DNA of 64,000 bases. It comes from Nitrospina sp. UBA6727. GTDB taxonomy: Bacteria > Nitrospinota > Nitrospinia > Nitrospinales > VA-1. The notes under the pieces were generated by a model, which worked only from the letters and a program-made list of their open reading frames with translations, was not told where the DNA came from and made no database searches. The stretch covers positions 15,118 through 79,117 of the forward strand of contig DKID01000015.1 in the NCBI GenBank assembly GCA_002454045.1, given 5' to 3'. Positions 8,024-16,236 of the stretch are shown here, piece after piece (position 1 is the stretch's first letter; the number at the start of each line of letters is the position of its first letter). Made by a program: the position numbers and the translations under genes.

Positions 8024-10690
8024 TTGGCAGACGATGAACAAAAAAAAGAATATAAGGAAGGGGAATTTGACGAGCATATTTCGTACAGCTTCCTCTTTTT
8101 TCTCGTTTCAGCGATAACGCTTGTTGTCACGCTTTGGGCGTTTTGGGATGACGAATATACGCGCCGCGGATATAAAGTTTATCAGGAGCAATTTTTCAAA
8201 GAGCAATACGCCGTAGCAGAAGCAAGTTGGAAAAAAGTCAACGCTGAAATTGCGGCGGCAGAAAAACGGATTAGCCAAAGCTTGGCGCAGAGTACAAGCG
8301 AACTGGAATCCAGGGAATCCTATCAAGACTTAGTCGAGGAAGTACGGCTTAAACAAGTTGCGGTCGATGAACAGAAAGAACTGCAAAAGTTTGCCGGCAG
8401 CGTCGTCGACGAAGCTTATTACTGGTACAAAAAAGCCCTGCACGAAGGAGAAAACTTCGATGTAGAGTTGGCGACTCTTCGTTCCAAGCAAGGCGCGGTG
8501 GAATCTTATAATCCCATCATCGCGGAAAAATTCGAGGTATTTCAGGAAGCGGAAAACAGATTGTTGGAGGTCAAGGCGACAGCAATCAGGCTGGAACAGG
8601 AAATGGCTCAGCTCACCACGGAGCGGAAAAAATTTGAGTTGACCATGGATTATTATAAGCCGTTTCCTTTTTTCTGGAAGCCCGCGGAAATCCTTCAAAC
8701 CGTCATCCCCGGCTTCGGCAAAAATAGTTTCAAAGAAATCATTTACCGGGTAGACCGGTGCATGACTTGCCACGTTTCATACCAGGACGAACATTATAAA
8801 GATTTTGCGCAGCCGCTAAAAACTCATCCCGACTTAGAAATTCTAATTGCGAAACATCCCCCGGAAGTGACCGGATGTACTTGGTGCCACTTGGGGCAGG
8901 GGACGGTCACGGCTCCGGCCGAACACGCTCATGGTTCCCATCACGAAACCGACCAAACGGTTGAAGTCAATGAGCCCATACTCCGCGGCGATTTCCAACA
9001 GGCGACGTGTCGGAATTGTCATGCCGAAGTCGTCAACTTGGACGGCGCGCCACTCTTATCAAAAGGAAAAAATCTCTTTATCAAACTAGGATGTCATGGT
9101 TGCCATTTGGCGGATGGGTACGCCAAAGAAGCCAAGGTGGGTCCGCGGTTGTATAGGATTGCCGACAAGGTTGACCCGAGTTGGTTATACCGCTGGGTAA
9201 AAAAACCTAGAGACTATCTTCCCAAAACCCGAATGCCAGAATTTAAGTTTGATGAAAAAGACGCGATGGCGGTTACGGCATATCTGTTGGCGACTTCGGA
9301 AGAAGATTACAAAGTGTCCGCGAAATTTGAATCGGGCGACTCCGACAAAGGCAAAAAATTATTCGAGTCCGTTGGCTGCCAAGGCTGTCATGAACTCAAC
9401 GGCAAGGGGGAAACTTTTGCTCCCGACCTAAGTCGAATTGGCAACAAGGTTGACGAAGATTGGTTGGCGACGTGGATCGGCAGTCCCCATAGTTACAACG
9501 CGACAAGCCGCATGCCCGATCTTCGGCTGAGCGAGGAAGAGGCATCCGACATCGCCACCTATCTCCTCCAGTTCGGCGAGAAGGATTTAATCCCCGGGCT
9601 TGAAGTCAAACTGAAAGATCCCGAATTAATCAAACACGGAAAAACAGTGATTCGCCGCAGAGGTTGTTTCGCCTGCCACGATATTAAGGGAATGGAGAAC
9701 GAAGGACGAATCGCGCCGGAGTTATCTTCCTTTGGTAGAAAAATGATCGTGGAGTTGGAGTTTGGCGATTCGCATATTCCTCATACGTGGGAGTCTTGGG
9801 TTAGAACTAAATTGAAAAAACCGGATTCTTTCAAGACCGAACGAGTGCTGGACAAGATGCCCAACTTCCACCTCGCGCAGGATGAAATCGATGCCTTAGT
9901 TATACTCCTGAAAGGTTTTAACGGCACGCATGTTCCTGAAAAATACCGCAAAGTTCTTTCCGAAAAAGAGGAGACACTCGAAACCGGTCGCCGTCTAATC
10001 ACCAAATATAATTGTCGAGCCTGCCACAACGTTGAAGGAGAGGGCGGGCAGATTCAGAAATATCTCACCGCGAAAGCCCAGTATCCGCCGCCACTAGAAA
10101 TGGGGAATTATCATGTCGGCGAACGACTCAAAAGTTCGTGGCTGTTTTCTTTTCTAAAAGACCCGACGCCCGTTAGAACGTGGATTAAAGTGAAGATGCC
10201 CACCTTCACTTTTACCGACAAAGAGGTGAGAGATTTGACCGCCTACTTTGAAGCGTTGTCCCCCGTCAGCGGTTACGAAGCGGGAGTTCATAAAAGCAAA
10301 GATATTACCGTGGCGCAAAAAGGCGTGGCGATGGCAAACTACATGGATTGCGGTCGGTGCCATGATGACGGAGAAAAGGGCATAGAGTTTTCATTAGCCA
10401 GCCAAAGACTGCGCCACGGCTGGATTCCAAAATGGCTCAAGTACACCCGCGACTTAATCCCCTGGACCAGGATGCCCGCGCATTGGATTCAAAAAGAAGA
10501 TCAACTCAAGGTGCCACCCAAGTACAGCAAGATCGAAACAGTCGGCGATGTTGATGCCCAAGTCAACACGCTGGCAGACTTAATCGTTGCCTATAACACC
10601 GCCGAACTCGACTTCGACTTGAGTCTAAGCGATGACGACGATGAGGATGAAGATGGCGACGACGATGACGGTGATGATGACGAAGAATAA
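8024..10690 (+). CDS. membrane-anchored octahaem c-type cytochrome
   Basis: 888 aa, TTG start. Eight CxxCH motifs: CMTCH, CTWCH, CRNCH, CHGCH, CQGCH, CFACH, CRACH, CGRCH. N-terminal TM helix, long Cys-free helical region, and a poly-Asp/Glu C-terminus. Confidence 0.85.
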   Translation: MADDEQKKEYKEGEFDEHISYSFLFFLVSAITLVVTLWAFWDDEYTRRGYKVYQEQFFKEQYAVAEASWKKVNAEIAAAEKRISQSLAQSTSELESRESYQDLVEEVRLKQVAVDEQKELQKFAGSVVDEAYYWYKKALHEGENFDVELATLRSKQGAVESYNPIIAEKFEVFQEAENRLLEVKATAIRLEQEMAQLTTERKKFELTMDYYKPFPFFWKPAEILQTVIPGFGKNSFKEIIYRVDRCMTCHVSYQDEHYKDFAQPLKTHPDLEILIAKHPPEVTGCTWCHLGQGTVTAPAEHAHGSHHETDQTVEVNEPILRGDFQQATCRNCHAEVVNLDGAPLLSKGKNLFIKLGCHGCHLADGYAKEAKVGPRLYRIADKVDPSWLYRWVKKPRDYLPKTRMPEFKFDEKDAMAVTAYLLATSEEDYKVSAKFESGDSDKGKKLFESVGCQGCHELNGKGETFAPDLSRIGNKVDEDWLATWIGSPHSYNATSRMPDLRLSEEEASDIATYLLQFGEKDLIPGLEVKLKDPELIKHGKTVIRRRGCFACHDIKGMENEGRIAPELSSFGRKMIVELEFGDSHIPHTWESWVRTKLKKPDSFKTERVLDKMPNFHLAQDEIDALVILLKGFNGTHVPEKYRKVLSEKEETLETGRRLITKYNCRACHNVEGEGGQIQKYLTAKAQYPPPLEMGNYHVGERLKSSWLFSFLKDPTPVRTWIKVKMPTFTFTDKEVRDLTAYFEALSPVSGYEAGVHKSKDITVAQKGVAMANYMDCGRCHDDGEKGIEFSLASQRLRHGWIPKWLKYTRDLIPWTRMPAHWIQKEDQLKVPPKYSKIETVGDVDAQVNTLADLIVAYNTAELDFDLSLSDDDDEDEDGDDDDGDDDEE

Positions 10691-10750
10691 GTTTGCTCCG
10701 CTTGCGGTAGATATCATACTATTAACCACTAACAATAAATTGAGGGCGTG

Positions 10751-10933
10751 ATGGAAAATTCAGGACTCGAAAACTTTCTTTTAATCGCGACCAAACCAGA
10801 TAATATTCCCATTGGAACCATGTTGCTTTTTGTGGGTTGGGTGTTCTGGGTTGCTATCAGTCAGATGATCAAAAATGATCGATGGATAAAAGAAGGTAAA
10901 AAAGAAAAAATTTGGGATGAAATGATAAAATAA
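10751..10933 (+). CDS. small hypothetical membrane protein
   Basis: 60 aa. The ATG follows GAGGG. One TM helix (IGTMLLFVGWVFWVAISQMI) and a Lys-rich tail. Its stop abuts the next start. Confidence 0.35.
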   Translation: MENSGLENFLLIATKPDNIPIGTMLLFVGWVFWVAISQMIKNDRWIKEGKKEKIWDEMIK

Positions 10934-11443
10934 GTGGCTATTTTCGGGATTATATTCGGTGCATTTTTTATAGGTATTATCCTGATTTTATGCTTAAAGA
11001 AAACCTCGCCCCCCGCCCCCCAAGAGCAAATCCACTTCGATACTCCTTCGGACGTCCCGGCTTACCTTTCCGATAGAGACGCGTTCAAATCTAAATGCGT
11101 TGAGTTTCTAGAAAAATTTAATCTTGAGTATGTTCACTCCGTTTGGGCAGACGACCACGAATTAGAAATTACCCTGAACGACGAAACCCCCGTCGTTGGC
11201 GGTAGCTACCTCGCCCTTTGCATTATCAATCCGCCGATGCAGACGGTCAACGCGATGAAGGTCAAAGGTTTTCTGGACACAGTGAAAGGGGAGGGAGCAT
11301 CGCGGGGAATTTTTATCACCACGGGATACTTCACCAACGAGGCGATCAACTCTATTGAGGACGACCCGGTTGAACTAGTGAACGTGGTTTCCTTTATATC
11401 CTACCTAAAAAAATTCGGCATCTATGAAAACGACCCATCCTGA
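10934..11443 (+). CDS. membrane-anchored protein with a restriction-endonuclease (Mrr_cat)-like C-terminal domain
   Basis: GTG start directly after the upstream stop. N-terminal TM helix. The C-terminal GIFITTGYFTNEAINSIEDDPVELVN resembles the conserved end of Mrr-type nuclease domains. The (Q/E)xK position appears substituted (ALCIIN). Confidence 0.4.
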   Translation: MAIFGIIFGAFFIGIILILCLKKTSPPAPQEQIHFDTPSDVPAYLSDRDAFKSKCVEFLEKFNLEYVHSVWADDHELEITLNDETPVVGGSYLALCIINPPMQTVNAMKVKGFLDTVKGEGASRGIFITTGYFTNEAINSIEDDPVELVNVVSFISYLKKFGIYENDPS

Positions 11444-11610
11444 GTTTTGTTGGTCTTATATTTAAATTAATAGCTTCGTCCCGGTTTTTAATGTCAACGA
11501 AGCTGGAAAAATTATTACTCTTCGCATCTTTTCAGTACTATGCGAGCCATATAAAATCAGTGGTTTTCCATTAGTTTATTTTGGTTTATAGGCTGTGTTA
11601 CCATCTGCCG

Positions 11611-12480
11611 ATGAAAATTATAGAAAAACTAAACGACTCCTCCCCCATATTTTCTTTTGAATTTTTTCCCCCTAAAGATTCCGATGGGTTTGCAACTTTG
11701 TTCGAAACGATTAGCCGATTAAAATCCGCTGACCCGGCTTATGTGTCTGTGACCTACGGAGCTGGAGGCAGTACACGCGCCAAGACCGTGGACTTGGTAG
11801 GACAGATTAAAAATGATATAGGTCTTGAGAGCATGGCCCACCTTACCTGCGTGGGACATAATCAAAAAGAAATCCGTTCTGTGCTCGAAAGTTTTGAGGC
11901 TCAAAACATAGAGAATGTCCTGGCGCTTAGAGGGGACCCTCCACACGGCGCGAAAAAATTTTTAAAAACGACAAGTGGTTTTGAATATGCCGGCGAGCTG
12001 GTTAGCTTTATTAAAAACAACTTTTCGTTTTGTATTGGTGCAGCTTGCTATCCTGAAGGACATCTGGAATGCCAAGACCTTGATAGAGATATAGAAAATT
12101 TAAAACGCAAAGTAGACAGCGGGGCGGATTTTCTTATTACGCAATTATTTTTTGATAACCAGTACTATTTTAATTTCATGGACAGGGCGCAAAAGAAAAA
12201 TATCAATGTTCCGGTGATTCCTGGAATTATGCCTATTTTAAATTTCAAGCAGATTAAACGATTTACCAAAATGTGTGGAGCGCATCTTTCTGATTCGTTG
12301 ATGGCTAAGTTCGAACGAGTTCAAGACGACAATGAAAAGATTCGACGGATTGGCATTGCGCACGCCACTGAGCAGTGTAAAGAGCTGTTGGAAAATAAGG
12401 CTCCCGGTATTCATTTTTATACCCTAAACCTATCGAAGGCAACACTGGATATATTGGAGGAACTTAAAGAATTCGCGTGA
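11611..12480 (+). CDS. metF: methylenetetrahydrofolate reductase
   Basis: ATG at 11611, 289 aa. Motifs: FSFEFFPPK, VTYGAGGSTR, HLTCVG, ALRGDPP, ITQLFFD. Confidence 0.9.
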   Translation: MKIIEKLNDSSPIFSFEFFPPKDSDGFATLFETISRLKSADPAYVSVTYGAGGSTRAKTVDLVGQIKNDIGLESMAHLTCVGHNQKEIRSVLESFEAQNIENVLALRGDPPHGAKKFLKTTSGFEYAGELVSFIKNNFSFCIGAACYPEGHLECQDLDRDIENLKRKVDSGADFLITQLFFDNQYYFNFMDRAQKKNINVPVIPGIMPILNFKQIKRFTKMCGAHLSDSLMAKFERVQDDNEKIRRIGIAHATEQCKELLENKAPGIHFYTLNLSKATLDILEELKEFA

Positions 12481-13283
12481 GTTTTCCGGAATTTTTCTAT
12501 AGAGCTATCTTGCAAAATTTTGTGCGCTTATGCGTGCTGATATGCGTTTTGATGGTGGTGTCGGGGTTGCCCGTTTCAGACCAGGAATCGGAAGCCAACG
12601 TTACGGAAAATATGGTGTCGATCGAAAAAGGTATCTTTAAAATGGGTTGCGACCGTTTTGGATCGCAGCATGGTGCCTCGGAACAAATGGTCTATCTGGA
12701 TGAGTTTTTGATTGATAAACATGAAGTCACTAATGAAAAATTTGAAAAAATATTTCCGGAACATTTTTTACGCCGTAGTATTTTTTCCGAATGTGATCAG
12801 TGTCCAGTTTCAAAAATTAGTTGGTATGAAGCGGCTGACTATTGTTACTTGATAGGCAAGTCGCTTCCCAGCGAAGCGCAATGGGAACGAGCGGCGCGGG
12901 GCGGGAAGGGTTGTCAATTTCCTTGGGGCGAAGAATTTGATCGGATGAATCCGCCAGCCCGAGGGGGATTGAAGTTGCAGGATAAGGCCGCGCCGGTAGG
13001 TTCATTTCCACCCAACCGACATGGACTCTATGATATGGCTGGAAATGTATGGGAATGGGTAGGAGATTGGTTCTCCATAAAATCTTATTACGCGGGCGTC
13101 CTGCATAATCCTCGCGGACCAGCGCGAGGTCTTATGAAAGTTAGAAGAGGCGGGTCATGGTCAGATTCAATAATAGCTATGGCTTCGGGCTACAGGGACT
13201 GGAGTTATCCTATATCACGGGGATTTAACGATATCGGTTTTCGTTGCGCTATTAATTTAAAAAACTCTGAGGAACAAAATTGA
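12477..13283 (+). CDS. FGE-sulfatase (SUMF1/EgtB/PvdO) domain protein with N-terminal signal/anchor
   Basis: GTG start overlaps the metF stop (GTGA). Motifs: WYEAADYC, LPSEAQWERAARGG, GLYDMAGNVWEW, VRRGGSW, GFRC. Confidence 0.75.
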   Translation: MSFPEFFYRAILQNFVRLCVLICVLMVVSGLPVSDQESEANVTENMVSIEKGIFKMGCDRFGSQHGASEQMVYLDEFLIDKHEVTNEKFEKIFPEHFLRRSIFSECDQCPVSKISWYEAADYCYLIGKSLPSEAQWERAARGGKGCQFPWGEEFDRMNPPARGGLKLQDKAAPVGSFPPNRHGLYDMAGNVWEWVGDWFSIKSYYAGVLHNPRGPARGLMKVRRGGSWSDSIIAMASGYRDWSYPISRGFNDIGFRCAINLKNSEEQN

Positions 13284-14008
13284 TTACGCAAGTTAAGTTG
13301 GACTACATCAATCGAGTTGTTGATGAATGTCTAGACGATGAGGCATTAGAATTGAAAGGCAAATTTATTGGGGATGAAGGGGTAGAAGCGATGGTCCGAA
13401 CTAATCGTATTTTTGACGTGGAAAACCTAGACCTATCCTGTAATAAACTAACTTGGCGCGGCGCTCATCATCTATTTCATTGCCGCCTATTTAAAAATTT
13501 AAAACGATTGTATCTTGGCGAAAATAATATTTCCGACAAAGGCATAAAAGAATTACCATCCGCTGACTTTGCGGGGAACCTATCCCTTCTCGATGTGCGC
13601 TATAACAATATTGGGTCCGAGGGTGGATTGGCTATTGTGCAATCAAAGAGATTTAGAAAACTTCAGGTTTTGATTTTTCAAGAAAACCCTGTAGGAGATG
13701 AAACTTTGATAACACTAGCGAAGGCTCATACTTTTGCGAATCTTAGAAAGTTAAACTTTTATCGAACGGATATAACCTCGAAAGGCATTAAAGCTTTAGC
13801 TAAATCCAAAGTATTGCAAAGGGTCAAGCAACTTAATCTAGCAAGAAATTATCTGCACTTAGAATCTGCCCGACTCTTGGGAAACACGAAAACGTTGACC
13901 AGTGTTGAAACCTTGCTTTTGTTTGACACGGGGATAGGCGATGCCGGGGTCAAAGCCATTATGGAATCTGAGGCATTTTCTAAATTAAAAACTTTACGGG
14001 TGACATAA
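13280..14008 (+). CDS. leucine-rich repeat protein (ribonuclease-inhibitor-like, about 28-aa repeats)
   Basis: TTG start overlaps the upstream stop (TTGA). Units of the type LxxLxLxxNxIGxxGxxxLxxSxxFxxL recur. No signal peptide. Confidence 0.65.
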   Translation: MITQVKLDYINRVVDECLDDEALELKGKFIGDEGVEAMVRTNRIFDVENLDLSCNKLTWRGAHHLFHCRLFKNLKRLYLGENNISDKGIKELPSADFAGNLSLLDVRYNNIGSEGGLAIVQSKRFRKLQVLIFQENPVGDETLITLAKAHTFANLRKLNFYRTDITSKGIKALAKSKVLQRVKQLNLARNYLHLESARLLGNTKTLTSVETLLLFDTGIGDAGVKAIMESEAFSKLKTLRVT

Positions 14009-14140
14009 GAAACTATTTCAAGGTGTTGGTCGTTGACGAAAAGCGTGGGGGTCGGAGCCCAAGAATCAAAAAATGCAACGCGAAAAAAATTGTCAGACTT
14101 TTTGATACGGGGATAGACTGCGCGAGGATCTCGCCGTAAA

Positions 14141-15700
14141 TTATATTTCGCACAACTCCATCAAAGTGGCGGTTCCAGGTAGGTAGGAGGCCATGTCCAT
14201 TTTTGCTTTCGCTTTTAAAAATCCTTGAAGGAACTCCAAGGCGGCGCCACCGCCGGTCGATACAAAGAAATTATCGGTGAAGTAATTCCATAATTGGTAG
14301 GAGTCATTTTCGAGGAAATCGATGGACATCTGATTGCGGTTAATGTTTGCAGGAAATTGTTTTTCAATCTGGGTTTTGATCATTTTTTTCAACTCGGTGA
14401 TTCCTATTTTGTTTAGAATTGCCGCGGAGTCCCCGCCGCCGATAACTACAGAAAGTTTAGGATTTATCAAAGCCATTTGGAAAAGTAATTTGGCCAATTC
14501 CAATGACCCCTCTGCATAATAGCTACATGCGGGGTGATCGTAGGCCCCCAGAGGTCCATTCCAGAATACGCTTTCGACATCTTTAAAAATTTTTTTAAAT
14601 TGGTTTATCGTTTTTTCACCTAAATCCAATTGTAGCTCTTTAGAAAAATCAGGAAGAATTTTATTTTCAAAAGAGGTGCTCTGATAATCGGTAACAACCT
14701 TATAGTCTTCGGGAAAATGCAGGCTTACTTTGTTGGCTTCTGCAAGTTCGATGATTTTTTCGGCTAGATTGATTTCATCCAAGAGATTATCGTTCTTGGC
14801 TTTTACTGGGCTTTGTAATTTTGCGGGCAAGGTATCATTTTGGAAAGGTCGTAAGAGCTCCTTTTGCTGCTGGGCTAGAAGGAAGGCGTTGACCATTTTT
14901 CCGCCGATTAAAATACTTTTAACTCCCGTCGAGACAAATTGTTTTAGAATTTCAATTTTGTCAGATATTTTTGCCCCTCCAGTTACGACTATGGTTTTTT
15001 TAGGTCGGGATAAAACTTTTCCAGCAAACTTTCCGAGACGATAAATTTCTTCATAGAGGAGAACACCGGAAACTACCGACTTCCCCTCTTGTCGCATTAA
15101 CTGGGGTAGGAGTTTGATGCTCTTGGTTACGCGGTGGCTACAACCGAAGGCGCAGTTTATGTAGACGTCAGTAATTTTTGCTAATTTGGTGATGAATTCG
15201 ATGCGATACATGTCCGTATTTTTCGGGTCCAAAAGGTAACGCAAGTTGGGAAGAAATTTGATTCCTCCTGGCGGCAGACGCTTGTGTGAAATGATATCCA
15301 AAGAATGTTGCATATGGGAATCAATCGTTTCTGGTGGGAAAATGGTATAAGTATCCCCATAAATTCTTCGGATCAAAGTATCGAAATGCGAGGAGACAAA
15401 CTGGATGTTGAAGATACCGTCCCAGCCAGTTTGGTCTTTCGTTTTATGAGGCCGACCAAGGTGTGAGCCGATAATGATTCGGCAATCTCCATCTGTCAAC
15501 TCGTGGATTTTCCTGAACGTGAGATCCAGAAAACGTCGGATTCGAGTATCGTCCGCGACTCGATATAATCCTTTTGCGGTGGAGCGCAGGGGAACATTGA
15601 AATCGCAGCGGATAAAAATAATTTTACCTCTTAGATCATCCGGTTTTAATTGCCCTAATTGGGTCATTCCTATCGAGTTACTAGAGCTTGATTTGGCCAT
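14141..15700 (-). CDS. pgk: phosphoglycerate kinase family protein, divergent and extended (519 aa)
   Basis: The PGK motifs occur in the expected order: RCDFNVPL, SHLGRP, NCAFGCSHR, TGGAKISDKI, WNGPLGAY, GGGDSAA, STGGGAALEFL. AGGAAA lies 5 nt upstream of the ATG at 15700. Confidence 0.75.
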   Translation of the reverse strand: MAKSSSSNSIGMTQLGQLKPDDLRGKIIFIRCDFNVPLRSTAKGLYRVADDTRIRRFLDLTFRKIHELTDGDCRIIIGSHLGRPHKTKDQTGWDGIFNIQFVSSHFDTLIRRIYGDTYTIFPPETIDSHMQHSLDIISHKRLPPGGIKFLPNLRYLLDPKNTDMYRIEFITKLAKITDVYINCAFGCSHRVTKSIKLLPQLMRQEGKSVVSGVLLYEEIYRLGKFAGKVLSRPKKTIVVTGGAKISDKIEILKQFVSTGVKSILIGGKMVNAFLLAQQQKELLRPFQNDTLPAKLQSPVKAKNDNLLDEINLAEKIIELAEANKVSLHFPEDYKVVTDYQSTSFENKILPDFSKELQLDLGEKTINQFKKIFKDVESVFWNGPLGAYDHPACSYYAEGSLELAKLLFQMALINPKLSVVIGGGDSAAILNKIGITELKKMIKTQIEKQFPANINRNQMSIDFLENDSYQLWNYFTDNFFVSTGGGAALEFLQGFLKAKAKMDMASYLPGTATLMELCEI

Positions 15701-16236
15701 CTTAATTTCCTACTGTATTGAATTGCGGATTGACAAAAACGGCGGTTTTTTCTGACAAATCCAAACAACCCAGCCCGATGTCGTAACGAGATTATTCGTC
15801 AATTCAACGAGAAAGTTTTCCCTCTTTTTGATAAGAGTGGTATGATTGGGTTTGGTCATGTTCGGGTCCCGATATGAATATAATAATCTATGCTGGAACA
15901 TTCTGGCTTTGTTTATAATGAGTTTGGACTATTTTCCTTTGCGACAAAATTCGCGTCATCCGGATAATTTATGGTTTTTGTTGAAACTCAGAAAACAGAT
16001 TTAATAACTTTTTTATAGGCTTTCCGATAGGAAAAACCAACCCTAAAACGCAGACTTCTTCTTCCCTCATCAAAACCGTTAGACTGTGATTCCGTCCGAT
16101 AGAAAAATTCAACCAGCATTTAATTATTTGAATTATAAAGGTTAATTCTTAATACATCAACCTTTTAAGTATTCTAGCCGGTTGCGAAACCCATCTTTGG
16201 TGTTGATTTGCAAAGAAGAGTCGGGAAGAATTTTTG

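Noticed and set aside
11472-11504. An 8-bp inverted repeat (AGCTTCGT..ACGAAGCT) between the Mrr-like gene and metF, considered as a terminator or riboswitch stem.
   Set aside because: It has a 17-nt loop, modest GC content and no following U-tract. No SAM/SAH/THF riboswitch consensus was recognised.
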